A stretch of DNA of 53,484 nucleotides, the filler included, from Basidiobolus ranarum (lineage: Eukaryota), in NCBI GenBank assembly GCA_040143965.1. It is 4 parts of 4 records of this genome, joined end to end, with 100 filler letters (N's around TTAATTAATTAA, not from the genome) between each part and the next. Parts side by side here need not be neighbours in the genome. Positions count along the whole stretch, not along the records: positions 26,856 to 40,135 come from JASJQH010000492.1; positions 40,236 to 53,484 come from JASJQH010000494.1; 2 more parts are not named here. One strand, written 5' to 3'. The translations under genes were made by a program, and so were the position numbers. Under the pieces are notes generated by a model, which saw nothing but the letters and a program-made list of their open reading frames with translations, had not been told where the DNA came from and did no database searches. This document shows positions 36,480-48,178 of this stretch, one piece after another (the stretch's first letter is position 1; every line of letters begins with the position of its first letter).

Positions 36480-37196
36480 TCAGCTGATGATACATTTCTC
36501 GCTCTTGGTGCGACGTTTGTACGTCTCGAGATATCGAAGCTGTTTATTGTTAATTGCCCCCCGGCGTCTCTCGCGAACAAATGCGACACTATCTAAAGGC
36601 GCCATACCATATTCAATCAAAGCGATCGCCACCAGAACTGGTGCTCTATTAGGTTTCGAGAGTTAGTATCTAGGTGATGCGGAAAATATGATATGCTAAT
36701 AGAACGAACCTTCCTAGCCCAGCGACACAGTGGATTGCGATTGAATGATTAGCGTCTTCATTATCTTTTCCAAACCGCTTCTTTACCAATTCCATCCAAT
36801 TGTTAACGATGTTATGAGGAGGTGCGTCACCGTCCGGGAAGCTCCAGTCCTAAATGTCCGAGAATTAACAAAGGATCACGCATAAAATATTGAACTAGTA
36901 CGAGAATACTTACATGAACTGTGATGTTTTTTTTTTCAAGAAGTTCCTTAGAGTATGTCGGTTCGCACACCCGAACTACATCCACTACGTTGTATTTTTC
37001 AAACTCCTGAAGGATATGTTTAATTGACAAGCAACAACCAAAGGAAGATTCTCCATTTAAATACCTTCAAATAAAGAGGAAGATTATTGTCCGAGGGGGC
37101 GTCAGCAATAACGAATCGAAGGTTCTTGAACTCCACTAGTGTGGGGGGATTGATAAGACGAGGCTGCGCAAAGTTCGTTCCGGTTATCCTTGCCAT
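36480..37196 (-). CDS. PTP4A: PRL/PTP4A prenylated protein tyrosine phosphatase; 4 exons (37196-37065, 37006-36914, 36849-36710, 36645-36480), 176 aa
   Basis: [28 protein letters not shown]-loop [20 protein letters not shown] and C-terminal CaaX CIIS. Confidence 0.92.
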
Positions 37197-38979
37197 GATG
37201 GTTGGCTATTTTCTTCGTATTTGTTTTGATGGTTGTAACAGTTGTGAAATGTTCTTTTGCAAAAAAAAGATAGTGAAATGGATCTCGCAGAACCAGAATA
37301 GTAGAGCTACTATAATAAGAGTAAATTTAATATATCTCCACAGGTATTACACACAATACAACTTACATTCTATGTTATGTTAAGGAGAAACTAAGCTTGA
37401 ATAGTACTGGTCAAGTATGGCTTAAGCAGACTTCGAAATTGACAATGGACAAATTTAGTATATAGATAGTCGGTGGGAGAAAATTAGCCAGGATCAAACA
37501 TTGGAAAATGTTTTGGAATTATGTGAGAGTGAAGGCAAAGTTGTTAGCACTTGGCAACAAATTAGCACTGATGAATTAAAAGAGAAAAGAAAAAAATTGC
37601 TGTATATTAAGGTGCCAAAGTGTACCAAGAAGGAAAGGAAGTTTTGCTGATTGAAGAGAAGGGGAAATCAAACGAAACCAATTATAGTAGCAGCTTTTGA
37701 AAGATTTGAAGAAATCCGTATTTTCAGGCAGACGTTTGAAAAACCAAATTGGGATGCCTACTATGATTTGTAGATGAGCACATTCCTACTATTATGCTCA
37801 ACATTGAATGGATGACATTATTACATTTGATTCAAATTTCCTCGAGTTAAATGTTTGACTGGTAGTATCATCTCTTAATCACACATATCGGTAACAGTAT
37901 CGGCTTCGGCTATCAGATATAGAATGGTGCTATATGAATATGAGATTAGCTTTTGGTGGCACAACTCGCCCAATTAATAATATAGTCAACACACAAAATT
38001 ATCTTGAAAAAAGAGAATTCGTGGGGAAACAGCTAAGCAGCAATAGATGATTTTAACACTGAATGGTTAATTCTTATAACCAATCAATCCTAGCAACGCG
38101 CCTGGATCCGAGATTGTATACACAGCTCGATCGAGAGAGTCATTGGTGATGCACCAATCAAGACACATGATGTTTGTAATCACAATGTTGCAGAAACAAT
38201 GAGCTGGGTCTTTCACAGCCTCAACAGCCTAAGGCTAATCCCGAGATCAATGGCTGCTAAAAAATAAGACACCATTATGGAATGGGCGGCCAGTTTCATC
38301 AAGCTGTTGCATGACATCGCTGGAGTTACTAGCACCATGCGATATTCGAAATGGGTCCAAAACAGTGATCAATCCCTTGGTGTTCTATATATATGTGTTC
38401 TACCAAGCTTGGCGGCGCACCTCATTTATTGCACTAATGCTGTGTAGTAGTAATGTACATTCACATGGCGTTATCTCATCATTACCATGTAACACAACTC
38501 TATAAGGTGCTGATTGGATACCGCTGCCTATTTATGGAATTCTACTCGTGACGGGCAGGTCTAGGTTAGTGGTGGAGCCTGAAATTCCACTGTGCTAAGG
38601 ATTAGCCAAACTCTGATTTCTAATCACTGACTAAATGGGTGCTTAAAGAGGGCTCCAGATGGATTCAAATCCAGAACTCTGAATAAATTCCAAAATCAGC
38701 CTCAGGCAAATGACTTTGGAGGTCCATGCAAGAATAAAGATGCTTTGGCGCGTTTCCTAGCTTTATCAGATTTAGATATCGACAAATATATGCCTGATCG
38801 CTGCTTTTATCAAATCCAGATGTCCCGAGGTCAGTTCTTTTCTACTTGGGTACTGACTACCTTCGCTTTAGGAAATCTATGGATACATATATATTTCTGA
38901 CTTGTCAGTAAACACCATATTGTATCTTTACGGTTTTCGACTTACGCTACTCATTCCCCTGTTAGCCTAACCTTAAGCT

Positions 38980-39612
38980 ATGTCTCTAGTCCTCACCTAC
39001 CTATCAGATACATTGCCAAACGCGATTATCTCTCGCTTACCGACTGGGAAATGTCATCCTACCATTGTCCTTGGAACTATATGTATGAGATTATCTGTTG
39101 AAATGCAATAGCCGGTTTTGATTGTTACGATAATTTACTAATGAGGGATTACGAATATTTTATTGCCTTGATATTTTCCCTTAGGCGTTGTATGTACATC
39201 TTGGAATCTAGTGTCGCGTAAATCCGGCGTTATCAAATATGAGAAAGAAGCCAAAAATCTCAGGAATTCTCGGAGGAGTCAACTATCACCCATCAACATA
39301 TCGGTATTTCAAACTGGTTTAGGATACGGGTTTGCTGCAGCATTCGGAACTGCTGCTTATATACTAAGCCAAAATAGAGATTTAGGTGAAGAGCTAGCTG
39401 CAGGTGACCCTTGATTTCATAGGATACTTCGCTTTCCAAGTTTTACTTAAATTCCTTTGTATTGAACAGGTGTTTGCTGTGCTCTTTCTGCTGTTACCCT
39501 GAATGAAGCTAAGGTAAAGAGGTCTAAGGGTTCCTTGCACATTGGCCTTTTCTCTTTGCTTTGGGCTGGTTATTATACAAAAAAAATTTATGAGTATCGT
39601 GTGGGATTTTAA
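38980..39612 (+). CDS. Small membrane protein, TMEM14-like; 3 exons (38980-39082, 39185-39403, 39470-39612)
   Basis: GT-AG introns join in frame. Gly/Ala-rich hydrophobic helices (GLGYGFAAAFGTAAYIL; ELAAGVCCALSAV; GLFSLLWAGYYTKKIYEY). Confidence 0.6.
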
Positions 39613-40135
39613 AAATATTTTTCTACTAGATCACAGTTCTCTTTAAATAGACGATTATCTTCTTTGTTCACTTTATCTTATAGAGACTGATAAACATGTA
39701 CTTGGGGGTGCTGGGGGTGGACTTATTTATGATAGAGATGAGTTTTTACTTGGGAGTTCAATGATAGAGATAGACATATTACAAAAATGCAATTGATTAT
39801 TTGTTTCAAGCGATGTCAATGTAGACGCAATATCAACACTGTATACAGGCTTCAAATAAGCCCTGAAATAATAAATATTTATCTTTCTAGAGTGAAAAAC
39901 TACTGGTTACATCGTACTAGTGTGACTCGTGTCCATTGGTCCGATAAAATTGCGGAGAGAATTAAACCAAGTAGACTTTGCTGTATCCCTCGACTACTTG
40001 TCGACAACAAGGACACCGGTCTATATCTCGTTTAGCTAGATCAATGCGACAGGAGTCACATAGACAAAGGCATCTACAAGGCCTCAAGAGAACAGAGCGA
40101 GAGTGATTCATACATACAACGCATGTCAAAGTTGA

Positions 40136-40235
40136 NNNNNNNNNNNNNNNNNNNNNNNNNNNNNNNNNNNNNNNNNNNNTTAATTAATTAANNNNNNNNN
40201 NNNNNNNNNNNNNNNNNNNNNNNNNNNNNNNNNNN
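40136..40235. other. Artificial contig linker N44-TTAATTAATTAA-N44
   Basis: Same 100-bp spacer. Confidence 0.97.
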
Positions 40236-40899
40236 CAACTTTTCCACCAATAGAATGCTAATAAAGCATATTGATGTGATTGAGCTTTGTCTGGTCAGTC
40301 AAGTATGTGCATATGTAGAGACTAAACACAACAAAATTCTAGTATTTTTTAATTCTCATTATGGTTGGAATACAAAGCCAAAAATATCTAAATAAAGCCA
40401 TGCATAATAATTCAAATTTGTACTGCAGAAAACCCAGTAATTTGCCATTTGAAAATTTGATTTTTACCAAAATTGCCAGAAATTAAATAATACATGCCAA
40501 ATATGAGGATCAATATTTAACATGTATGAATACCATCAAGAAGCTGCCATCACACCATCAAGATCCCTTGCAGAATGCAAGCCACCAATATTGTGACAAT
40601 TCTATGACAATATTGTGATTCCAAAGGGTGGATCCAATCTGGATCAAATTGGTTTTTTTGTTAGGGTATAGAATCACCAGTATTTGTGAGAATTGAGAAT
40701 AATATTTGTCTGATGATATAGCCTATTATCTAGACCTTTGGTCTCATAGAGTCCCTCAAGTGTTTTCCAAGCATTTAGGATGTTTTTGGCTTAGTGTATG
40801 TGCCTCAATTGTGAGTCTCTAAAATGTAGACAGAGTATGTAGAGTGCTTTGCTCTGCTTCTTGTGAAAGGCCAGGAGAGCTTCTGGTAGTCCCTTGGGC

Positions 40900-41165
40900 T
40901 CTATTTCTTTTCCTATAACAAATCCTCAAAGGTCCTATTCCTCTTGCACCAATTGCATCTTGAACTTCTTATGGTGAAAGTCTTCAGAATCAAACTTCTT
41001 TGTGGATGCAACATTGCTAGTAATAGTACTGGTAGACTTTTCTTAAATAACTAGCTTGGGGCTCTTAATTTCATAAAAGTATTCAGAAGATTTGGAAGTG
41101 GTTTGGACAAGATTTGGATTTGTTGATTAGACACTTGAGTTTTATTGATGCCATTTGAACACTAT
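40900..41165 (-). mobile_element. Decayed LTR-retrotransposon remnant: diverged LTR end plus gag zinc-knuckle relic
   Basis: TTGGAAGTGGTTTGGA at ~41092 is shared with the LTR family. Minus strand reads CNWCKR..G....CYRK with a frameshift at ~40910-40960. Confidence 0.4.
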
Positions 41166-41866
41166 TCAATCAGCTGTATAGTAGAAGATTTCATCTGCAT
41201 GAGCAGTACAAGACAGGATTAAAGTGTTATGATTTGCCAAATCATAGCAGCCTAAGTATTAGTTAAGTTATGCAACATTCAGTATTATCAGTATATCAGT
41301 ATTGTCCCCAGATCAGTATTATCAGTACCATCAGTTATCAATTATCTAGATATCAATCAGTTTTAGTCAGCAGTCATATGATGTTCCAGTACTTAGTCAT
41401 AGTAGGTCACATAATAGTCTTATGATCATATACCCTCCCTTCTATTAGGTCACATGATAATCTTGACTGTGCCATCCCAACATGTATCAGCTGATTATTG
41501 GGCCATCCCAGGATGTCATGGTCAAAAATTGTGCCACTCCAGTATGATATAGCTAGAACCCAATATAGTAATTACATTAGTGTTCAGCAAATGAGTTGTA
41601 TAGTATGCTAAATTTTAATACCTCAATGGTATTTGCAAGGAATGACGTTTAAACCGGGATTGTAAGCATGATATTACAAAGGAGATGAAAGTATTGAATA
41701 AAGAGGAACTATAATATATTTGGACACAACAAATATCATCCAAATAGCGCAGCAATAACCTATGGACTAGTACTTTCACTTTATATTTGATTTATTTGCT
41801 AACCCTATGAGAACGAGGTAGCGTTACATGAATCACCAGCTTGAACAAATATGCATGGGGAAGGCA

Positions 41867-43036
41867 CTAGAGATATACTCTGTCGGCATCTATTGGTACT
41901 CTGAATAAATGGAAAGGCTTAACAGGACTCGGTCGATTGACTTGATTTGCAATCCAATACAAGTAACCATTACTGATGTGCATTGTATGTGGCCAAATAT
42001 TCCTAGAATCACAAACAAATGGTTCAATTCTTCCAGTATTCGTGTGGCGCCGACTAATCAAGTTATGTTCGTAGTTCGTAAGATAAAGTCGATGTTTCGA
42101 ATCTATTTCTAAGCCATTTAATGCCCCACCCTGATCTCCATGTTGGGTCACGTAGTTTACCAGATCGCTGTCTTGACTCTGGACATCGGTCAGTTGATCG
42201 GTATATATGCTGTATAGTAAGCGCGCCGACAATGGGCATCAATAAAGTCGAGTTCCATCAGCATTCAGAGAAATTCCATCGGCGCCAATAGCCATATGAC
42301 CATAGACCCCATTAGTTATAGGTTGAATAGGAACCCCTTCAACCACCGGAACAAATTTCTCGGTAGCTGAGGTAAAGGGATGATTATCTAACTTTCTCCA
42401 CGACTTCCTACTTTCCAAATCCACTACAAGGAGCCCTGGCTTTGGACCTGAGTCTGTCATGTAAGCGTATCCGCGAGATAAATCGAACCTTACATCGCTG
42501 ACGTAAGAATCATCATGGACTTCTGGTGTGCTAAATAGGATTCTGTCCACCACTTGGTTAGTTTGAAGATCAATGCGTAGTAATTTACATCCTCCATTAA
42601 TCGTTTTTCCTCGGAGTATACTACCCGTGTCAACAACCCAAAGTCGGTCTTGACTGTCAAGTACGGCTGTTTGTGCACTTACAATCGAGTCTTTAAAGGA
42701 CTTTGTGGTGATATTGGCCTGCTGAATTTCGAAGAATTTGGGGTGTATGGATAGTGATGGGTATGGGATTTCTTTCCCATTAACAATTTCAGCCAAAGAG
42801 TATCTTACACTATCTGCTATTCTCGGATAAGTTATAAATATCCTGCCATTAGTGCTTACTGCCACTCCTGTAGGCATTTGTTTATGGAATTCGTGTACTA
42901 CTTCTAAGGCAGGTCCGAAGGTCATAGTGTCTCTATTGGTGGTAGGTTTACGTGGGTCAATAAATCCATTTGCCCTAACTTTCCCTTGATCTGATGCGCC
43001 AAATATCAGGATGGATAGAATAGTTAGCAACTTCAT
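41867..43036 (-). pseudogene. Yellow/major royal jelly protein (MRJP)-like secreted beta-propeller, copy 1, with in-frame TGA at 42239-42241
   Basis: Collinear with 43669-44838. TAT TGA TGC CCA here versus TAT TGG TGC CCA in the paralog; the frame continues intact to 41867. Confidence 0.8.
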
Positions 43037-43668
43037 TCTACTGGTAGAAATGAAAATGAAATGTGTTGCCCGATTTATGTGTAAAGAAGATTGAATTTGC
43101 GACACTTTTTATGGATTTCACGGCTAAAATTTTTCATTTTACTCCCTAAGCAAGCCAGTAACGATAAGTATCAAATAATATTATTAAAAGGTCCTTCTTG
43201 GAATACTGGACCTTAAAATTTGCTTGACCGATGCGTCATGATTTGATTCATCCGGTAGAAATGCTTGCATTACCCAGTAAATTTGAAATAACATCTTAAA
43301 ATGAATTAAATCATGCAGCACGAATTACTGGGGGAAAATGGTAATTAACTCAATCGCTAGCATGATTTGTGTCAATCAACCATTTCGGAAAAATTTTAGG
43401 GTTGGTAAATTTGGATCACCTTTGGTAGCTTAGCAAGAGCTGTAACTACCGTTGGAACATAAGACTTGGTTGGATACATGTTTCAAGTTACATAAAATTG
43501 GAATTTCACTTACTATAGTGAGATACTTACTAGGATGAAAACGGAGGCTGAGTATTGAATTTTTCTTCAAAATTTCAGATTGAAGACATAAATGGTATAA
43601 AGAGAGTCACTAAAGTACGCAAGAAAATACCAAGACCTTCTTTTTCGTATCAACGTGTCAACGAAACA

Positions 43669-44838
43669 ATGAAGTTTCCAAATTTTCTTTCGGTCCTGAT
43701 GTTTAGTGCATTAGGTCTTGGGAAAACGAGTGCAAATGAATTCATTGACCCACTTAAGCCTACCACCAATAGAGACACCATGACCTTTGGACCTGCCCTA
43801 GAAGTGGTACACGAATTCTATAAGCAAATGCCTACAGCAGTGGCAGTAAGCACTAATGGTAGGATATTTGTAACCTACCCGAGGGTGACCAATGACATAA
43901 GATATTCCTTGGCTGAGATTGTTAATGGGAAAGAAATCCCATACCCATCCATGCACATGCACCCAAAACTCGCCGAAATTCAGAGGGCCAATGTCACTTA
44001 CAAGTCCTTTAAAAACTTGATTGTAAGTGCACAAGCAGCCGTACTTGATAGTCAAGACCGACTTTGGGTGGTTGACACGGGCAGTATACTCCGAGGAAAG
44101 ACGATCCATGGAGGATGTAAACTACTATGCATTGATCTTCAAACTAACAAAGTGGTGGATAGAATCCCATTTAGCGCACCAGCAGTCCATGATGATTCCT
44201 ACATTGATGATATAAGATTTGATTTATCTCGTGGATATGCTTACATGACTGATGCTGGACCTAGGCCAGGTCTCATTATAGTGAATCTGAAAACGAAGAA
44301 ATCTTGGAGAAGATTTAACGAAAATCCCTTGACCACAGCTACTGCTAAATTTGTCCCTGTAGTTGCGGGAGTTCCAGTCCAACCTATAACTAACGGAGTG
44401 TACGGCCATATGGCAGTTGGCGCCGATGGAATATCTCTGAATGCTGATGGAACTCGACTTTATTGGTGCCCATTATCATCACGTTTACTATACAGCATAG
44501 ATACCGATCTACTTACCGATCCAGATAACGAAGACACTGACTTAGAACAGAGCGTGACCAAACATGGAGATCAAGGTGGAGGAGTTGGTGGTTTAGAAAT
44601 CGACTCTAAAGATAGACTCTATCTAGCAAACTATGAACATAACTTGATTAGTCGACGTCATCCAGATACTGGTAGAATAGAACCACTTGTTCGTGATCCT
44701 AGAAATATTTGGCCAGACACCATGCAAGTCGCCGATGGCTATTTGTATTGGACTGCTAATCAAATCGTACGAGCTAATCCGATTAAACCTTTCTATTTGT
44801 TTAGAGTGCCAATAGACGCTGAAAGAGTACGTCTTTAG
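43669..44838 (+). CDS. Yellow/MRJP-like secreted protein, copy 2, intronless
   Basis: Signal peptide MKFPNFLSVLMFSALGLG; PTAVAVSTNGRIFVTYPR, DRLWVVDTG, AYMTDAG, GADGISL, LYWCPL, WPDTM motifs. Confidence 0.9.
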   Translation: MKFPNFLSVLMFSALGLGKTSANEFIDPLKPTTNRDTMTFGPALEVVHEFYKQMPTAVAVSTNGRIFVTYPRVTNDIRYSLAEIVNGKEIPYPSMHMHPKLAEIQRANVTYKSFKNLIVSAQAAVLDSQDRLWVVDTGSILRGKTIHGGCKLLCIDLQTNKVVDRIPFSAPAVHDDSYIDDIRFDLSRGYAYMTDAGPRPGLIIVNLKTKKSWRRFNENPLTTATAKFVPVVAGVPVQPITNGVYGHMAVGADGISLNADGTRLYWCPLSSRLLYSIDTDLLTDPDNEDTDLEQSVTKHGDQGGGVGGLEIDSKDRLYLANYEHNLISRRHPDTGRIEPLVRDPRNIWPDTMQVADGYLYWTANQIVRANPIKPFYLFRVPIDAERVRL

Positions 44839-46642
44839 TGGTTGGTTTCAGTAAAAATTACCTTTGACTCAGCACTGCACCAAATAAACTATGAAACCAC
44901 CGGTTTAATGATGTTTCATATGTAATTCAAAACCCTTTCGGAAGTCGGTAAACACTGAAGGAAGGAATGTGAAAGTGCACCCATAGCCATAGTATATTAT
45001 TTAATATTCTTGTGCTGACGACTGATACTACACTCCATTGTTGAGAATTTGTTAGTATCTTGGTAAAATGATTTATCGGTTTGAAATGATTAACCAACAC
45101 ACATAAACCGTTGAAGATAATGATAAAGACCGAGACAAAATACTGGAACCCGTAAAAAGAACGGATATGACTTCAATTGATGTGATACAATCCAAGAGAT
45201 ACATGTGATTTTAACCAGATTAGCAATACTACATACTGATTCTGATTGGTTAGTATTAAGGTTATCAAGTTGAAATCTTGACCAAATTAATATTAATCCT
45301 GCACCAACTTTTATTTCTATTTGAACTTTGAGCATGACTAGTATGGAATTTAATATGGAATTAAAGCCAATTATCGAAATGATCAATGACTCGGATTAGA
45401 TTAATCATCAACTTTTCTACCAAACAGAAAAACATCCACATCCGGTGCAGTTACAGCATGGTACCACATCCCACCCATACTGGTGACCCTAATGATGTTT
45501 GAAACGAGCAAATGATTCAGGTCAAGTTTGAATGCTAATTGTTCCCAAAAAAAGGAACAAGAACCATGATGAAGAAATGGCAAGTTTTAGTATAAAGAAG
45601 TCTGCCTGAATTAACTATTAAACTCCAGTAACGATGTCAAAACTGCCCGTTGAACTCATGTCATCGACATGTATACCCTGCCTACCCCAGTTATGGTTGC
45701 ATCGCACATGCCCATCTTTCTACTTGGAAAACATACAGGGTTTATGTGATGGTGAGAGTAAAGATCAAGCATAGCGAGAGTGAGAGAGAGTGAGAGTAGC
45801 ACTGGGAGTGAGAAAGGTTCCAACCCAAATCTCCATCTCAAGCAACTCGATATCACAATTTTCAATGAGTCATCCGAATGTAGGTATAATTAAAGTATAT
45901 GTTCACAAGGAGTACTGATTGTTTACTGATACTGCCACTCGCGCATTAGCATTATCGATAGAAATGTTAAGATCAAACCTTATCCATTTCTAATCTAAGC
46001 AATAATCTTCCCACTCTGGCAAGATCTCCGGTCGAGTTAGAATATCGAAACCGTGTGAACCCAGTATCAGATAACAAGATAATTCGGGTTGATTCGTGGT
46101 TTTGGTGTTGATGATTCGGTCCTGTCATAAACCTGTTTACCAACCTATCTTACCCGGTGTTAGGTAATGTGAGAACAACAAGAAATCACATCATGATGGA
46201 ATAGTATGGGTTTGTGATACTTATTGTTGGATATTCAAGTGGCATTTGGTTGTATATGGTTGTGACTGTAATATGCTTTGTTGTCAGGTGGATAGTTTGA
46301 GTGGCAACATGTGATACTGTAGGTATCTAATCCGTTTGGCTCATATCGGCTGCGTATCTAGTAATGTCCAAATTAGGTTTACCAATGGTCACAGTCTTTA
46401 TTGAAACCGAACTGATCCATTATTGGGGTTGGGGCATTTAAGGTTGGAGCCTTTACTTCCCCCAGGTCACTATGTAAGTTTGAAAGGAGCAGGAATAAAG
46501 ACTACTTCGATAAACAGAGAGATATATATGTACAATTCACATACACAAGAAGGATCGTGCACAAAATAAAGTAAATAGAAAGTAATGATGATGGAGGTAA
46601 TGCTAGTGATGGTCACCTAGATATTCACAACAAACAATGCAC

Positions 46643-48178
46643 TTAGGTTTCCTCTTTATCAACATTACGGCGCACTTCAGGATCCCGTTGGGGGTTATTA
46701 AGTTTGGAATGGGTCCGTCCATAGCAAACATATATCAAGACTCCGATTCCCATCCAAATAAATAATCGCGCAATTGTGGAAACGGTTGCAGTACAAATGA
46801 GCAGGATGGATAATGCTGCACCAATAATTGGAATCACAAATGGTCCTAGAGGTACCTTGAACTTTCGAGGAAGATCTGGTCTCTTAAAACGTAGAATGAT
46901 AACTCCAATATTTACTAACACAAAAGCGAATAACGTTCCTACTGAAGTCATTTCTCCGAGTACATCCACCGGAAGAATTCCCCCCAGGATAGCACATGCA
47001 ACACCTGATATCAAGGTAGTTACCCAAGGGGTTTTAAAGCGAGGATGAATCTTCGCTGCAACGGATGGGAATAACCCATCATGTGCCATGGAATAGAAGA
47101 TACGAGGTTGTCCCATAAGCAAAACTAATATGACAGAAGTGAGGCCAATCAATGCACCAAATTCAACAATTATACCCAACCAACCCATACCGGTACGGGC
47201 GATCACGACTGAAATAGGGGCAGGCACATTAAGCTCCTTGTAAGGTACGACCCCTGTCATAATAAAACAAACAGCTATGTAGAGTATGGTGCAGATAACC
47301 AAGGAGCTACATATACCGATTGGTAGATCACGCTGTGGGTTTTTAGACTCTTGAGCAGCAGTGGAGATGGCATCAAATCCAATATACGAAAAGAATACAG
47401 TGGTTGCAGCTGAAAACATACCAGAAACGCCATACTCATTAAAGCTACCTTCATTTGGTGGGAAGAAAGGTGTATAGTTATCGGGATTGATGTTCTTGAT
47501 GCAGGCGAATATGAACAGTAGAATCACTACGATCTTTACAATTACAATCACTGTGTTTAATCGAGCCGACTCACGAACACCAAAGCAAAGTAATACAGTA
47601 ATAGCCAGGGAAATTACGATGGCTGGGATATTCAAGATGTTTCCTGACATGCTAAACGACTGAGTCTTTGTATCGAAAGTGAATGGAGCCTCAGTCCATT
47701 TTTCACTCATGTGGAGTCCAAAGGCACTCCTGAAGAATGATTTGAAGTAACCTGACCAACCAACAGATACAGTGGCAGCACCCACTAAATACTCCAAAAT
47801 CAAGTCCCATCCGATAATCCAACCGATCAACTCACCCATGGTAGCATAGGCGTATGTATAAGCTGAGCCAGAGACAGGAATCATACAGGCCATTTCAGAA
47901 TATGAAAGGGCCGCAGTGCCAGCAGCAATGCCGGATACCACGAAGGATAATACAACGGCGGGACCGGCGTTTTTAGCAGCGGCGATGCCGGTCAGCACGA
48001 AGATACCAGTACCAATGATAGCTCCAATGCCTATCGCAGTCAAGTCGACAAAGTTCAAGGAACGTCTCATAGTAGATTCCTCAGCATCAGCTTGCAATTG
48101 GTCTATACTCTTGACAGCAAATAACTTTCGCCACCAGTTCTTTTGTGAGACTTCATAATTGGTAACTTCGGGTTTCAT
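46643..48178 (-). CDS. APC-superfamily amino acid permease, CAT/SLC7-like subfamily, copy 1, intronless
   Basis: GIGAIIGTGIFVLTG, GSAYTYAY, GWDLILEY, FFSYIGFDAIST, GQPRIFYSMAHDGL, GTLFAF. Confidence 0.95.
   Translation of the reverse strand: MKPEVTNYEVSQKNWWRKLFAVKSIDQLQADAEESTMRRSLNFVDLTAIGIGAIIGTGIFVLTGIAAAKNAGPAVVLSFVVSGIAAGTAALSYSEMACMIPVSGSAYTYAYATMGELIGWIIGWDLILEYLVGAATVSVGWSGYFKSFFRSAFGLHMSEKWTEAPFTFDTKTQSFSMSGNILNIPAIVISLAITVLLCFGVRESARLNTVIVIVKIVVILLFIFACIKNINPDNYTPFFPPNEGSFNEYGVSGMFSAATTVFFSYIGFDAISTAAQESKNPQRDLPIGICSSLVICTILYIAVCFIMTGVVPYKELNVPAPISVVIARTGMGWLGIIVEFGALIGLTSVILVLLMGQPRIFYSMAHDGLFPSVAAKIHPRFKTPWVTTLISGVACAILGGILPVDVLGEMTSVGTLFAFVLVNIGVIILRFKRPDLPRKFKVPLGPFVIPIIGAALSILLICTATVSTIARLFIWMGIGVLIYVCYGRTHSKLNNPQRDPEVRRNVDKEET

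Noticed and set aside
42239-42241. Selenocysteine codon in the MRJP-like gene
   Set aside because: The paralog has Trp, not Cys, at this position, and I could not identify a SECIS element.
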